A stretch of DNA of 64,000 nt from an uncultured virus (IMG/VR IMGVR_UViG_3300025387_000001) (taxonomy: Duplodnaviria; Heunggongvirae; Uroviricota; Caudoviricetes), in the IMG/VR virus record IMGVR_UViG_3300025387_000001; one strand, written 5' to 3'. The notes beneath the pieces were generated by a model. It was not told the DNA's origin. It did no database searches and saw only the letters and a program-made list of their open reading frames with translations. How positions within the stretch are numbered: the stretch's first letter is position 1; each line of letters starts with the position of its first letter. Both the position numbers and the translations under genes were made by a program. Shown here piece after piece: positions 20,488 to 31,040 of the stretch.

Positions 20488-20999
20488 AGTCTTTATCAGA
20501 CACCTTAGGTGTAGAATATATACCTTCTTCCGATTCATCTCCCCAAAACAACTTTATTCCTTTATTTTCTAATAGGAGCGGATTTGAGGGAAAAAATCAT
20601 ACGGATGAAACTAAGTTATTGCTATCTAAACCAAAGTCGGAGGAGACAAAACAAAAGATTAGTGCTACTATGAAGTCACTAGGATATATACCGCCTTCTC
20701 AAAAAGGTGTAAAAAGAACAGAAGAAACAAAAGCAAAGATAAGTATTTCTATAAGAAAATCTATATCAAAAGGAAAAAATAAAAATATTATTAGAAATAA
20801 GGATCCTAAAACAGATACACACAAACAAAAGATTAGTATATCGGTAAGCGCACGATTGAGTTGTCCGGAAATAAAAGAAAAGATGTGTAAACCAAGAAAA
20901 GAAATGTGTTGTCCTGTTTGTGGATTAGTTGGTCGTGGTGGTATTATGAAGAGATACCATTTCACCAACTGTAAAAGCATCCCCAAATCAATGGGGTGA
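20475..20999 (+). CDS. nuclease-less homing endonuclease derivative (NUMOD3-like repeats plus Zn ribbon)
   Basis: GKNHTDETK and SEETKQKIS repeats; CPVCG...MKRYHFTNCK like 13458 ORF; no GIY-YIG motif. Confidence 0.75.
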   Translation: MDIYKSLSDTLGVEYIPSSDSSPQNNFIPLFSNRSGFEGKNHTDETKLLLSKPKSEETKQKISATMKSLGYIPPSQKGVKRTEETKAKISISIRKSISKGKNKNIIRNKDPKTDTHKQKISISVSARLSCPEIKEKMCKPRKEMCCPVCGLVGRGGIMKRYHFTNCKSIPKSMG

Positions 21000-21050
21000 A
21001 GTCCAAAGGCTAACCTTAGGTTTTGGATGGATAAAAGGAAGGAAATACCA

Positions 21051-21575
21051 ATGAAGAAGATTATTCTAGCCGCCATGGCGGCATCTGTTATGTTTGCGGT
21101 ATGCGGCATGGCAGAAGCCAGAGTCCATTACGGCAAACATAGTCAATATTCAGACCAATCCGTGCAAGAGGAATCCGATCCACTCGCCAGCGTATTTGGC
21201 GGAGAAAATTGGAGTGTCTCACCTCAACCACGTTATAAGAACAAGAGACAGGTCCGCCAGTTCCACGAGGAGCAGGAAGAAAACTGGGGTTTCGCCGCAG
21301 CTTCTACATCCTTGGTGGAATACGGACACCAACTACAGCGACAGGGGTTCCGTGTTTCGGAACATCCCGCATTTGGTGGAGTCCATCGTGTCCATCACGG
21401 GTGGGCCCATTACGCTGGCCGAGCCATTGATGTGAACGTTGGGCGCGGCGTTGTAGAAGCACGTTCTGGATATGCTCATAAGTTTGACCAGCTGGCCGCC
21501 GATGCTAGAGCGGCTGGTTACACCGTCCTATGGCGGGTTCCTGGTCATTATAACCATATACATATTCAGCGATAA
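21051..21575 (+). CDS. secreted zinc peptidase, M15-like (cell wall)
   Basis: Signal peptide; HYAGRAIDV and GHYNHIHI motifs. Confidence 0.65.
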   Translation: MKKIILAAMAASVMFAVCGMAEARVHYGKHSQYSDQSVQEESDPLASVFGGENWSVSPQPRYKNKRQVRQFHEEQEENWGFAAASTSLVEYGHQLQRQGFRVSEHPAFGGVHRVHHGWAHYAGRAIDVNVGRGVVEARSGYAHKFDQLAADARAAGYTVLWRVPGHYNHIHIQR

Positions 21576-21582
21576 TAAATAG

Positions 21583-21611
21583 AGGCGGGGAGCAATTCCC
21601 GCCTTTCTCTT
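21583..21611 (+). terminator. GC-rich hairpin with GCAA tetraloop and pyrimidine tail
   Basis: AGGCGGGGA-GCAA-TTCCCGCCT-TTCTCTT. Confidence 0.6.
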
Positions 21612-21623
21612 ACAAAATGGAGA

Positions 21624-22205
21624 ATGAAAGTGGCGTTAGTAGAAAAAAACGAAAAAGACTCACCTAATATTCCAAGTTTAGAAGACCATCACTATTACAT
21701 TTTCTCATCCGACTTTGATAATGGTTCCACATCCGATGCTATGAGTTTTATCATTGCTCGTAACCTTATGAATGGCAAAGACCGTCCTAAGTTTATGAAG
21801 TTCATTATCAACTCACCAGGTGGTAATGTGGCATCGGCATTTGCCCTCATTGATACGATGAAGGGTTCCAAGATCCCAGTCTATACATACGGCATGGGCG
21901 AGATTGCTTCCTGTGGTCTATTGACCTTTATGGCAGGTGCTAAGGGCAAGCGTTTCATTACACCTAATACTGCTATTCTCTCTCACCAGTTTTCTTGGGG
22001 TACCATTGGCAAGGAACACGAACTGATGGCCTCAGTAAAAGAGTTTGAGAATACCAGTGCCCGTATCATCTCGCATTATAAGAAATGTACCGGACAGACC
22101 GAGGCGACAATCAAGAAGTATCTGTTACCTGCCGAAGATGTTTGGCTAACTCCAAAAGAGGCAATCAAGTATGGCCTGGCCGATGAGATTGTGGACTTTT
22201 ACTAA
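21624..22205 (+). CDS. clpP: ClpP-like protease
   Basis: INSPGG, IASCG (catalytic Ser), LSHQ, DVWLTPKEAIKYGLADEI. Confidence 0.92.
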   Translation: MKVALVEKNEKDSPNIPSLEDHHYYIFSSDFDNGSTSDAMSFIIARNLMNGKDRPKFMKFIINSPGGNVASAFALIDTMKGSKIPVYTYGMGEIASCGLLTFMAGAKGKRFITPNTAILSHQFSWGTIGKEHELMASVKEFENTSARIISHYKKCTGQTEATIKKYLLPAEDVWLTPKEAIKYGLADEIVDFY

Positions 22206-22429
22206 TGCTGGAACTAAATACCATCGGTGAAAAACGCCGTAAGGTAGCGGCAGAAAGAATAAAGATTTGTGAAGAGTGCCCGGAACTGGAGACAACTTTG
22301 TACCAGTGTAAGGTGTGTATGTGCTTTATGAAAGGTAAAACTCTCTTTATGGACTCTAAATGTCCACTAGGTAAATGGGGAAAACATGAAGAACATAACA
22401 GACCTACCATGGATGAAAATAGCAAGTAA
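22205..22429 (+). CDS. small Cys-rich hypothetical protein
   Basis: RIKICEECP..CKVCMCF..CPLGKW. Confidence 0.7.
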   Translation: MLELNTIGEKRRKVAAERIKICEECPELETTLYQCKVCMCFMKGKTLFMDSKCPLGKWGKHEEHNRPTMDENSK

Positions 22430-22880
22430 GTATATTGGACTGCACGAAGGCACAAGCACAAAGGCCAATCCAAAAGTGGTCAAGTTCTTTGCTGAAGCAG
22501 ACCATCCAGAAATCAAGAACGACCATACAACACCTTGGTGTGCCGCATTTGTCGGTGCCGTATTAGATGAAGCAGGACTATCTCATACAGGTTCATTATT
22601 GGCATTAAGTTATGCCAAGTATGGACAGAAACTAACCAAACCAATGGTTGGTTGTATTGCCACTAAGAAACGAAACGGTGGCGGTCACGTATTCTTTGTC
22701 GTCTCTTTTGATGCTAAGTATGTCTATGGTTTAGGTGGAAACCAGAATGACCAAGTATCAATAGCAAGATTTCCCCGTTCAGTTATCAACTCATATTGCT
22801 GGCCTGCTGGAGTGCCTATTCCTGACAATGTTATAAATACGGTGGTAGCAAATACAACAACCAACGTAAAAGAGACCTGA
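22386..22880 (+). CDS. TIGR02594-like NlpC/P60 peptidoglycan hydrolase
   Basis: PWCAAFV, GGGHVFFV, LGGNQND. Confidence 0.88.
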   Translation: MKNITDLPWMKIASKYIGLHEGTSTKANPKVVKFFAEADHPEIKNDHTTPWCAAFVGAVLDEAGLSHTGSLLALSYAKYGQKLTKPMVGCIATKKRNGGGHVFFVVSFDAKYVYGLGGNQNDQVSIARFPRSVINSYCWPAGVPIPDNVINTVVANTTTNVKET

Positions 22881-22881
22881 A

Positions 22882-23322
22882 ATGGATGAAGTAGTAGAAA
22901 AGGCAAAAGTATTATTAGGTAATGTGTTCGTGATGTATATGAAGTCACACGCATACCACTGGAACTATATCGGTTCCGACTTTCCACAATACCACAAGTT
23001 TCTAAATGACCTCTATGAAGAACTACACGATTCCGTAGATGACATTGCTGAACAGATCCGTGCTATGGATAACTTTGCTCCAGGTTCACTTGCTCGTATG
23101 GTAGAACTATCCGAGATTAAAGAAGACGCACAGATTCCTAAACCAGATAAAATGTTTTCTAATCTCTACGACGCCAACGAAACTGTATTGGCCTGCCTTG
23201 ATGAATGTTATCGTCTATCAGGAGAACAAAAGGCTTGGGGTTGGCAGAACTTTGTTGCTGACCGTATTACTACACACCGCAAACACCGCTGGATGTTAAA
23301 GGCAACCTTAGGAAATAAATAA
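22882..23322 (+). CDS. dps: Dps family ferritin-like protein
   Basis: HAYHWN, DDIAEQIRA, KHRWML. Confidence 0.93.
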   Translation: MDEVVEKAKVLLGNVFVMYMKSHAYHWNYIGSDFPQYHKFLNDLYEELHDSVDDIAEQIRAMDNFAPGSLARMVELSEIKEDAQIPKPDKMFSNLYDANETVLACLDECYRLSGEQKAWGWQNFVADRITTHRKHRWMLKATLGNK

Positions 23323-23966
23323 TGTTTCTATTCTCTGATTATTGGCCACAACCAAAAGTAGGTGAACTGGCCGTATTTGACTTTGGTAAAGGTGCTGACG
23401 GATTACCATACTCATACATATGCTGGAACTCTGGCGACAACCGACATTACTATCAAGAAGATTACCATGACAGCAAGTGGACTTCCACTTGGCATATGGA
23501 CTATTTCTCACCTCGTGGTATTATAGAAACTGCCGACGAATATCCAAAGTATTCTTATCAGTGGTGGACAAGTTATCGCACCACATCATTCTATAGTGGT
23601 AAAGAAATCTTTTGGGGTGGTACGCAAAAGATTGGTGATGAGTTTAACGCCGTATGCCAGATTGATCCAGTAGCATCAACAAAGTTTGAGGCTCCTACAA
23701 TAGGTAACCAACGAGTTAAGTTTACTGCTCTCTATAGTTCCCTTACCACTCATTCAGGCACCAAGTATAATGATGTCCTTGAAATAGAATACGACCAGTC
23801 CTGGAATGGCGGTGCTTCCACAGGCTGGCGCGGATGGTATGCTAGAGGAATCGGTGTGATTAGAATTATATGGCGCTATAAAGGAATAGATGTTGGCCAG
23901 AACTATGACGCCACCATTACCACACTCAAAGGAACAATAAAGAACAAATACCCAGTATTGACCTAA
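23322..23966 (+). CDS. hypothetical protein, aromatic-rich
   Basis: 214 aa ORF with WYARGIGVIR motif. Confidence 0.65.
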   Translation: MFLFSDYWPQPKVGELAVFDFGKGADGLPYSYICWNSGDNRHYYQEDYHDSKWTSTWHMDYFSPRGIIETADEYPKYSYQWWTSYRTTSFYSGKEIFWGGTQKIGDEFNAVCQIDPVASTKFEAPTIGNQRVKFTALYSSLTTHSGTKYNDVLEIEYDQSWNGGASTGWRGWYARGIGVIRIIWRYKGIDVGQNYDATITTLKGTIKNKYPVLT

Positions 23967-23991
23967 TGCTTTCTTTGTGCTATAATACATT

Positions 23992-24405
23992 ATGAAAGTG
24001 AAAAAGGACATACTGGATACTCTCTGTAAGATTGCCGAGGCAAATGACGGTTCTAACATCCGTTTCGCAGCGGCCATTGTGCGTGGAAACAAAATAGTGT
24101 CCGTAGGATTTAATCATAGAAAGTCCCATCCTTTACAGGCTCGTTTCTGTAAGAACGAACACGCCGTATTCCTTCACGCAGAAATCCACGCAATCAAAAA
24201 TGCTCTAAAAGAAATAAATGTAGAGGAGTTGGCTAAGACCGACCTCTATATAACCAGAGTAAAGAAACCAAAATCATTTTCTAAAAAGTTTGTATGGGGA
24301 CTGGCAAAGCCGTGTTGCGGTTGCCAAAGGGCCATAGAAGAGTTTGGTATTCGTGGTGTTGTTTATACCACAGATGAACATGGTGAATATGAGGTTATGA
24401 AATGA
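23992..24405 (+). CDS. cytidine/dCMP deaminase-family zinc protein
   Basis: HAE and PCCGC motifs; TTGACC-17-TATAAT ends 5 nt before ATG. Confidence 0.88.
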   Translation: MKVKKDILDTLCKIAEANDGSNIRFAAAIVRGNKIVSVGFNHRKSHPLQARFCKNEHAVFLHAEIHAIKNALKEINVEELAKTDLYITRVKKPKSFSKKFVWGLAKPCCGCQRAIEEFGIRGVVYTTDEHGEYEVMK

Positions 24406-24998
24406 TTATAGAATGGTTTCCAAATCCAATATACTCAGAAGATTTATCATCAATTTTTGATAATGATTATAATAATAAGATTTACGATCTGGCATTAGAA
24501 TTAAGAAAAAATACACAAACAGGACAAAATTGGAATTGTGATACTTGGAACTCTTCCAAAACCAACATATTAGATGAAAGTATAATTTCAGATTTATATA
24601 GGGTGTGCTATGAACATGTTGAAGAATTTGCAAAGTCTTTTAAAATTGATAAAAATTTCAAATTAATTGCTGATAATGAACCATGGATCAATGTTGCTTT
24701 TCCTGGAGAATATCAAGAATATCATACACATTCACATAGTCATTTTAGTTTAGTGTATTATGTTAAATCTCCAGAAAAATGTGGAAACATAATTTTTAGA
24801 AGACCTGATTCATTTAATAATATGCTTCCTTTACCAATTGAAGAATTTAATAATATTAATTCAGAAACATGTTTTTATATACCTAAAGAATCCAATATAC
24901 TTATATTCAGATCAAATCTTATACATATGGTAAATAAAAACATGAGTAATGAAAATAGAGTGAGTATGGCATGTAATTACAAATACGAAAGGATATAA
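24402..24998 (+). CDS. 2OG-Fe(II) oxygenase (TIGR02466-like)
   Basis: WIN, YHTH, LVYYVK, FRSNLIHMV, RVSMACN. Confidence 0.88.
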   Translation: MIIEWFPNPIYSEDLSSIFDNDYNNKIYDLALELRKNTQTGQNWNCDTWNSSKTNILDESIISDLYRVCYEHVEEFAKSFKIDKNFKLIADNEPWINVAFPGEYQEYHTHSHSHFSLVYYVKSPEKCGNIIFRRPDSFNNMLPLPIEEFNNINSETCFYIPKESNILIFRSNLIHMVNKNMSNENRVSMACNYKYERI

Positions 24999-25000
24999 AA

Positions 25001-25747
25001 ATGACCGAGAGAAAGTATGGTTGGAGACCTGATCTACCAGACCATAGAGACCATATCTGTAAATTAGAGGCTATGCCAGGTGTTTCACGCAATATCGATT
25101 TGCGCACCACAGGTCATATGCCACCTGTATATGACCAAGGCCAACTAGGTTCTTGCACTGGTAATGGTGTTGGTGCCTGTGTTGAATATGGTCTAAAGGC
25201 ACAAGGCCGACATGATTATGTTCCTTCACGATTATTCATTTACTATAATGAACGTGTAATGGAAGGCACAGTTGATTCCGATGCTGGTGCTGAAATCCGC
25301 GACGGCATCAAGGTTGTTGCTAACATCGGTGCCGCACCAGAAGATTTGTGGCCATATGATACTAATAAGTTCACAGTAAAACCGGATGATAACGTTTACA
25401 CCGAGGCTAAGAAAGGTATCATTAAGCAATATTCTAGAGTGCCTGTAAAGTTGGCAAACATCGTAAATGTCCTAACACACGGTATTCCTATTGTGTTTGG
25501 TTGCACTCTATATGACTCCTTTGAGAGTAGAGAAGTAGCAAACTCTGGTATGGTTCCTATGCCTGGTGCAAATGAGAATACTGTAGGTGGTCATTGTATG
25601 GTTATAGTTGGTTCTAATGATACACATTTCATTGTTCGCAACTCTTGGGGCACAGGTTGGGGTGATGGTGGTTATTGCTATATGCCACATGAGTATTTGA
25701 CTGATCCAAATTTAGCAGATGATTTCTGGGCCATCTTCTTGGTCTAA
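25001..25747 (+). CDS. papain-family (C1A) cysteine peptidase
   Basis: DQGQLGSCT, GGHCM, RNSWGTGWG. Confidence 0.93.
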   Translation: MTERKYGWRPDLPDHRDHICKLEAMPGVSRNIDLRTTGHMPPVYDQGQLGSCTGNGVGACVEYGLKAQGRHDYVPSRLFIYYNERVMEGTVDSDAGAEIRDGIKVVANIGAAPEDLWPYDTNKFTVKPDDNVYTEAKKGIIKQYSRVPVKLANIVNVLTHGIPIVFGCTLYDSFESREVANSGMVPMPGANENTVGGHCMVIVGSNDTHFIVRNSWGTGWGDGGYCYMPHEYLTDPNLADDFWAIFLV

Positions 25748-25763
25748 ACTGAAGGATTATATT

Positions 25764-26597
25764 ATGAGTAGATTGAAAACACCTTTACGATATCCTGGTG
25801 GTAAAAGTAAGGCGACTACTAAAATGGCACCTTACTTTCCACCAAAGGATAGAGTGAAGCATTATAGAGAACCTTTTATAGGTGGTGGTTCTGTTGCTTT
25901 ATGGATGTGCCAGAACTATAATCTGGAGTCGGTATGGGTGAATGACCTATACTGGCCTTTGTATAACTTTTGGATTTATCTAAGAGACCATGGTGATTCC
26001 TTATCTGTCGCACTAAACTATGTTAAGGTGCGTTATGATACACCAGAGAAGGCAAAAGAGTTATTTCTAATAGCAAAAGAAGAAGTGAATAATACCGATA
26101 ATACAGATTTGGAAAGGGCTATGTATTTCTGGATCGTGAATAAATGCTCCTTCTCTGGTCTTACCGAGTCCTCATCCTTTTCTAAGGCAGCAAGTGAAGG
26201 TAACTTTACTTTAAATGGTATTGCCGACCTCAAAGAATATAGTAAGATTATTAAGAACTGGAAGATTACCAACCAATCCTATGAAACACTATTGGATGGC
26301 GCGGCCGATGACGACCTATTCATCTACCTTGACCCACCTTATGAGATTAGTTCCAATCTGTATGGTAAGAAAGGTGCTATGCATAAGGGGTTTGACCATG
26401 ACCTATTCGCACAGAATTGTAATCTAAACGGGCCTATGACTGCCATCTCTTACAATGCCGACCAGTCGGTCAAAGAGAGGTTTCCTGAATGGAACCAGAA
26501 TGAGTTTCCATTGACTTACACTATGAGGTCTAACTCGGCCAACTATCGCAAGAACCAACCGAAACGACTGGAACTGCTGCTTACCAACTATGACTAA
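25764..26597 (+). CDS. dam: Dam/D12-class N6-adenine DNA methyltransferase
   Basis: LRYPGGKS, EPFIGGGSV, YLDPPY. Confidence 0.92.
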   Translation: MSRLKTPLRYPGGKSKATTKMAPYFPPKDRVKHYREPFIGGGSVALWMCQNYNLESVWVNDLYWPLYNFWIYLRDHGDSLSVALNYVKVRYDTPEKAKELFLIAKEEVNNTDNTDLERAMYFWIVNKCSFSGLTESSSFSKAASEGNFTLNGIADLKEYSKIIKNWKITNQSYETLLDGAADDDLFIYLDPPYEISSNLYGKKGAMHKGFDHDLFAQNCNLNGPMTAISYNADQSVKERFPEWNQNEFPLTYTMRSNSANYRKNQPKRLELLLTNYD

Positions 26598-26624
26598 ATA
26601 TGGAGTAAAACTAATAGGGTTGAA

Positions 26625-27815
26625 ATGGCATCGGTAAAAAAATCTAATCCAAAAACATCAGGACAACCTGACGGTGATACTACAAGAAAGCAAGAGTTAG
26701 GATCGGCTTGGATATTTCGCCGAGCCTTGAATGATAACAAGCGATACAAGTCCCCGGATGATATAGAAAAAGATCCAAAATTCCCAGAACTTAAAGCATT
26801 GTATCCAGAGATTAACAAGCAATGGTTGGCATCTTACTATGCACAACACAAAACTATGCTTGAAGAGTTTTCTGGTTCTAGATTTACAGAATTTAATCGT
26901 GACGGTGGATTCATGGATTATATTTCTAATCTCATTAAAGAGAAATACGGTATTGCTAAGAAAGATACTTGGGATCCAGCTGATATATGGTGTATAAAAG
27001 ATGAAGGTCAAGTTATTGGTGCTCTAGATAAGAAAATCAAAAATTCTAAGGCCACTGAACTGGGTGAACTCAATTCTCTTCTACGAACATTTTTTAAACA
27101 AAGAAAAGTGGTTGGTATATCATTAAAACTTATTTCAGGTAAAGAAGCAAAATATGAAGAAGTGAATGTTGACGGCGATGAATTTGTTGATAAAGCACAT
27201 TATAATTTTAACGTATCAAGAATGACTTGTCCACTTGGTTTAAAACCATCTACTGTTCGTCCTAAAAAAGGTGATAAAGCATATACTTTTTCAACTCAAG
27301 ATTCAAGGGTGTATGTTGATGCTATAGAAAAAGGACAAAAAGTAGTTTATAATTTTCAAATCAAAGCAAATAGCACCTCAGGATTTAACAATCTTAAATG
27401 GGAACCAACATCCAGTTTAGGTGCCAAAGCAAGATTAGGTAAATCTCCTATTGCAATGGTTCTAAACTTATTAAAGAACTATGGTATCAATTTCAGTAAT
27501 AATAATGGTGATTATCCACATTCACTAGAAGATTTTATGCAAGCAGGTTATCAAAAGAAAGCAAAAGCGATGTATACCGCTATCAAAGCCGCTGGTGTAG
27601 AAACAGGTATTTCTTCAGCAAAAGAATTTATTGATAATATGGCAAGTGTATTTAAGTATGAACCACACACAGCCAATTCCAAATTAATGCAAATGACCTT
27701 TCTTTATGAAATTTGTAAGTTAAAGAAAGAAGAAAGGGACGATCTGATGACCGATATGGTTTTTGTAGCACAAAAGAAAGGTCCTCAGTTTGGTCCATTT
27801 GGAAAGATTTACTGA
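26625..27815 (+). CDS. hypothetical protein, possible PD-(D/E)xK-like nuclease
   Basis: WDPADIW...VGISLK motif; late promoter TAAATA at 26595. Confidence 0.5.
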   Translation: MASVKKSNPKTSGQPDGDTTRKQELGSAWIFRRALNDNKRYKSPDDIEKDPKFPELKALYPEINKQWLASYYAQHKTMLEEFSGSRFTEFNRDGGFMDYISNLIKEKYGIAKKDTWDPADIWCIKDEGQVIGALDKKIKNSKATELGELNSLLRTFFKQRKVVGISLKLISGKEAKYEEVNVDGDEFVDKAHYNFNVSRMTCPLGLKPSTVRPKKGDKAYTFSTQDSRVYVDAIEKGQKVVYNFQIKANSTSGFNNLKWEPTSSLGAKARLGKSPIAMVLNLLKNYGINFSNNNGDYPHSLEDFMQAGYQKKAKAMYTAIKAAGVETGISSAKEFIDNMASVFKYEPHTANSKLMQMTFLYEICKLKKEERDDLMTDMVFVAQKKGPQFGPFGKIY

Positions 27816-29059
27816 TGCTTAAACTATCACAGTTCATCACCGAGTCCGCTGCCGAGAAAGACCGTCACCTCACACATATTGAGGATGCCGTGTTGGAAGG
27901 TGGTGTTGCTGGTACAAGAAATGCTATACAGTTTTTAATCTCTCTAAGAGATATGTTTGCCGATGATGGCAAAACTCTGAATGAGGCCCGTGGTGGTCTT
28001 ATTCTTCGAACTAAGTTCGATGGCGCGCCCGCACTCTATGCCGGTATCAACCCTGATAACGGTAAGTTCTTTGTCGGTTCTAAAAGTATCTTTAACAAAG
28101 GTGCCAAACTAAACTATACCCAAGCGGATATTCGGAGTAACCATTCGGGTGGTTTGGCTGATAAACTATCTTTGGCATTAAAGTATCTTCCAGAACTCGG
28201 CATTACAGGTATCATACATGGTGATTTTATGTTTTCGCATGATGAACTGAAATCGGAGACCATTGATGGTAAGAAGTATATTACATTTAGGCCTAATACG
28301 ATTACATATGCTGTACCAGAAGGTACTACACTTGCCAGACAAGTTATGACAGCTAAGATGGGAATTGTTTTCCATACTTCTTACATCGGTAATAGTATGG
28401 CCAATCTTCAAACTCACTTCGATGTTGATATTGGGCGGTTACATTCATCACGCAATGTCTGGTATAGGACAAATCGTTTCATGGATGTCACAGGTAAGGC
28501 CACACTAACCAAGGCAGAGAATGAAAGATTGTCTGGTATTCTATCACAGGCAGGCAATCTATTCAGACAAATACCTGCGGCACTACTAAACGAGATTGCC
28601 TCTAACGACACATATCGTATTCCTATTATGACTTATTACAACCAGAAGGTCCGCGCAGGCGAACACATGGGTGCTAATCATGTGAATGAGATTATCAAAT
28701 TCGTTTCCGACAAGTATGATAAACAGATTGCCGATGCCAAGATGCCTGCTACAAAACAAAAAAGAACTATGGAAAAGAATAAGGTTGTTGGTTGGTATCG
28801 TAGAAATGCTGTCGGACTCAAAAACATATTCCAACTACAGAACCTCTTTATTGATGCCAAGACAATGCTCATTCGCAAATTTGATGAGGTAAACGATATT
28901 GGAACTTTTCTACATACTCCGGATGGTGGATATAAAGTTACTACACCAGAAGGATATGTTGGTTGTCTTTCAGTTGATGGCCAAGCGTGGAAATTGGTAG
29001 ACAGGATGAACTTCTCAAGGTCCAATTTCCTTGCGCAAAAATCATGGAAGCCTAAATAG
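27815..29059 (+). CDS. conserved T4-like protein with ligase-like KxDG motif (DUF6267-like)
   Basis: [31 protein letters not shown]-terminus [10 protein letters not shown]. Confidence 0.7.
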   Translation: MLKLSQFITESAAEKDRHLTHIEDAVLEGGVAGTRNAIQFLISLRDMFADDGKTLNEARGGLILRTKFDGAPALYAGINPDNGKFFVGSKSIFNKGAKLNYTQADIRSNHSGGLADKLSLALKYLPELGITGIIHGDFMFSHDELKSETIDGKKYITFRPNTITYAVPEGTTLARQVMTAKMGIVFHTSYIGNSMANLQTHFDVDIGRLHSSRNVWYRTNRFMDVTGKATLTKAENERLSGILSQAGNLFRQIPAALLNEIASNDTYRIPIMTYYNQKVRAGEHMGANHVNEIIKFVSDKYDKQIADAKMPATKQKRTMEKNKVVGWYRRNAVGLKNIFQLQNLFIDAKTMLIRKFDEVNDIGTFLHTPDGGYKVTTPEGYVGCLSVDGQAWKLVDRMNFSRSNFLAQKSWKPK

Positions 29060-29128
29060 GATGTCCGTCACGGTGCGACAACACCCACGGACTCTAATAC
29101 TGTTTAGGAGTATCAGCATGTCTATTTA
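29053..29128 (-). ncRNA. endonuclease-associated two-hairpin element, copy 3
   Basis: Compensatory outer stem GTCCGT/ACGGAC; TAAATA upstream, TATTTA at 29123. Confidence 0.75.
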
Positions 29129-29747
29129 TTCCACCACAAATCCGCCACCACATTTCTACATTTACGCCTATCTAAGATCGGATGGAACTCCTTATTACAT
29201 AGGAAAAGGAACTAATTGTCGGGCCTGGAGAAGGAATAAAAAAGACTTGATAAAAAGACCCACCTGTGATAGAATAGTTATTATGGAATCAGGATTAACG
29301 GAATTAGGATCTCTCGCTTTAGAACGACGATATATTAGATGGTATGGAAGAAAAGATAATGGAACAGGTATTCTAAGGAATAAAACTGATGGTGGTGAAG
29401 GAATGATTGGTCCATCGGATGAGTTTAGAAAAAAAAGGAAAGAATTATGTGAAAAATCCATATGGATCAATAACGGAAAGAATGAAAAGTTTATAGTAAA
29501 TGGAAATATTCCTAAAGGTTGGAACAAAGGTAGATTACCTGAAAAAATAGGTGAATGGTTGAAGAAAAGAAGAAATTATAATGGTTCTAATAACCCAGTA
29601 TTTGGTATGAAAAGACCTGATTTAGTAGAAAGAAACAAAGTTCCGCAATATTGGATAAATAATGGGATAGATTGTAAAAAGATCCTTGTTTCGGATTTTG
29701 GTAAATACCAAGAACTGGGATTTGTTAGAGGGAGATTACCTTATTGA
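29118..29747 (+). CDS. GIY-YIG homing endonuclease, family B
   Basis: [44 protein letters not shown] repeats at C-terminus. Confidence 0.9.
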   Translation: MSIYSTTNPPPHFYIYAYLRSDGTPYYIGKGTNCRAWRRNKKDLIKRPTCDRIVIMESGLTELGSLALERRYIRWYGRKDNGTGILRNKTDGGEGMIGPSDEFRKKRKELCEKSIWINNGKNEKFIVNGNIPKGWNKGRLPEKIGEWLKKRRNYNGSNNPVFGMKRPDLVERNKVPQYWINNGIDCKKILVSDFGKYQELGFVRGRLPY

Positions 29748-30373
29748 GACGGTTTGGAGAATATATGACTGAAGTAAACAAAAACCAAGTGAAAAAAGGA
29801 ACCTTAAATGTCCTGGACATTGACGATACCTTGTTTATGCCTAATGCCAAGACAAACGTTGTAAAAGACGGCAAGGTTGTTACCCGTCTTTCATCCGAAG
29901 ATTTAAAACATTATAAACCAAAACCAGGTGAACGACTAGACTTTGGTGAGTTTAGGTCTGGTAAGTATTTCCATGATAAAGCAGAACCTATTGAGAAGAT
30001 GATTAGACGGGCACAGTTGGTTGTTGGTCATCAAGGCGCACATTCTCGTACCATTATCGTAACCGCAAGAGCAGACGTATCCGACAAAGATATGTTTCTC
30101 AAAAAGTTCCGTGACCATGGATTTCCTATTGACCAGGTCCATGTAGAACGTTCTGGTAATGTATTTGGTGGTGGTAATGCGGCACCATTATCTAAGGCTG
30201 TTGTTATTCGTAAGTATATTGACAGCGGTAAGTTCAATAAGATCCGAATGTGGGATGACCACGAAGGTAACTTGTCTATGCTATTACAACTGGCAAAACT
30301 ACATCCAGAAATAGAGTTTGAGGCTTATTTGGTGAATCCAAAAACTGGTGTACCTACGAGGTTTAATAAATAG
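29744..30373 (+). CDS. HAD-superfamily phosphatase
   Basis: LDIDDTL, IVTAR, SK, WDD motifs. Confidence 0.85.
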   Translation: MRRFGEYMTEVNKNQVKKGTLNVLDIDDTLFMPNAKTNVVKDGKVVTRLSSEDLKHYKPKPGERLDFGEFRSGKYFHDKAEPIEKMIRRAQLVVGHQGAHSRTIIVTARADVSDKDMFLKKFRDHGFPIDQVHVERSGNVFGGGNAAPLSKAVVIRKYIDSGKFNKIRMWDDHEGNLSMLLQLAKLHPEIEFEAYLVNPKTGVPTRFNK

Positions 30374-30376
30374 AAG

Positions 30377-30994
30377 ATGGAAAAAATATTCAATCCTATA
30401 AACACAATCAAAAAAGTAGTCAAAGAGGCCCGTCTTCGTGAGAAGTATGGTTGTGAAGATGTTATACAAGAAAAAGTTCTCAATATAGGATTCAATCCTA
30501 GTCATGAAGGTCATCGTGAGAAGTATAGAAATCAAATACATGATGTTATTCAACGATCTTATAAAGATGTAGAAGGTGGATATGGCGGCCACGGATCTGG
30601 TTCCGATGCCGAGTCCAAAGCAATACATTCCGACATATCCGATCATGCTATCAAAGCAACACGCCGCGGTGACACTATTACACATGCCACTATTTACAAG
30701 AAACAACACGGTCGTAAAATCATTGCTCTAGGACATTCTGGCACAGATCAAGGTCGTAAAGATTTCAATAAAAATGCTGCCGAAGATAAATCAAAAAGAA
30801 GGGCCTGGGGTGAGTTTTCAGGTAATGCGGAACGAGCATATAAAAAACGTGGATTTGTTCAAAGGTCTTCCGGCCGGGCCGCTGGACTGACTGGTAAGAA
30901 TGTAAACATTATAGATCGGAAAAGGTATTCCAGGAACATTGGTGGTCAGGAACACGACAAAACGATACTTGGATACCCTAGTAAAAACAAGTAG
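30377..30994 (+). CDS. hypothetical protein, possible internal virion protein
   Basis: Late promoter TAAATA just upstream; VKE/LRE/IQE motifs near N-terminus. Confidence 0.6.
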   Translation: MEKIFNPINTIKKVVKEARLREKYGCEDVIQEKVLNIGFNPSHEGHREKYRNQIHDVIQRSYKDVEGGYGGHGSGSDAESKAIHSDISDHAIKATRRGDTITHATIYKKQHGRKIIALGHSGTDQGRKDFNKNAAEDKSKRRAWGEFSGNAERAYKKRGFVQRSSGRAAGLTGKNVNIIDRKRYSRNIGGQEHDKTILGYPSKNK

Positions 30995-31040
30995 TTAGAT
31001 ACTGGTTGACAAGTGAGGAATAGTGTAGTATAATGCTTTT

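Noticed and set aside
29074..29080. TGCGACA half-site inside element copy 3
   Set aside because: No matching TGTCGCA half or promoter spacing; coincidental loop sequence
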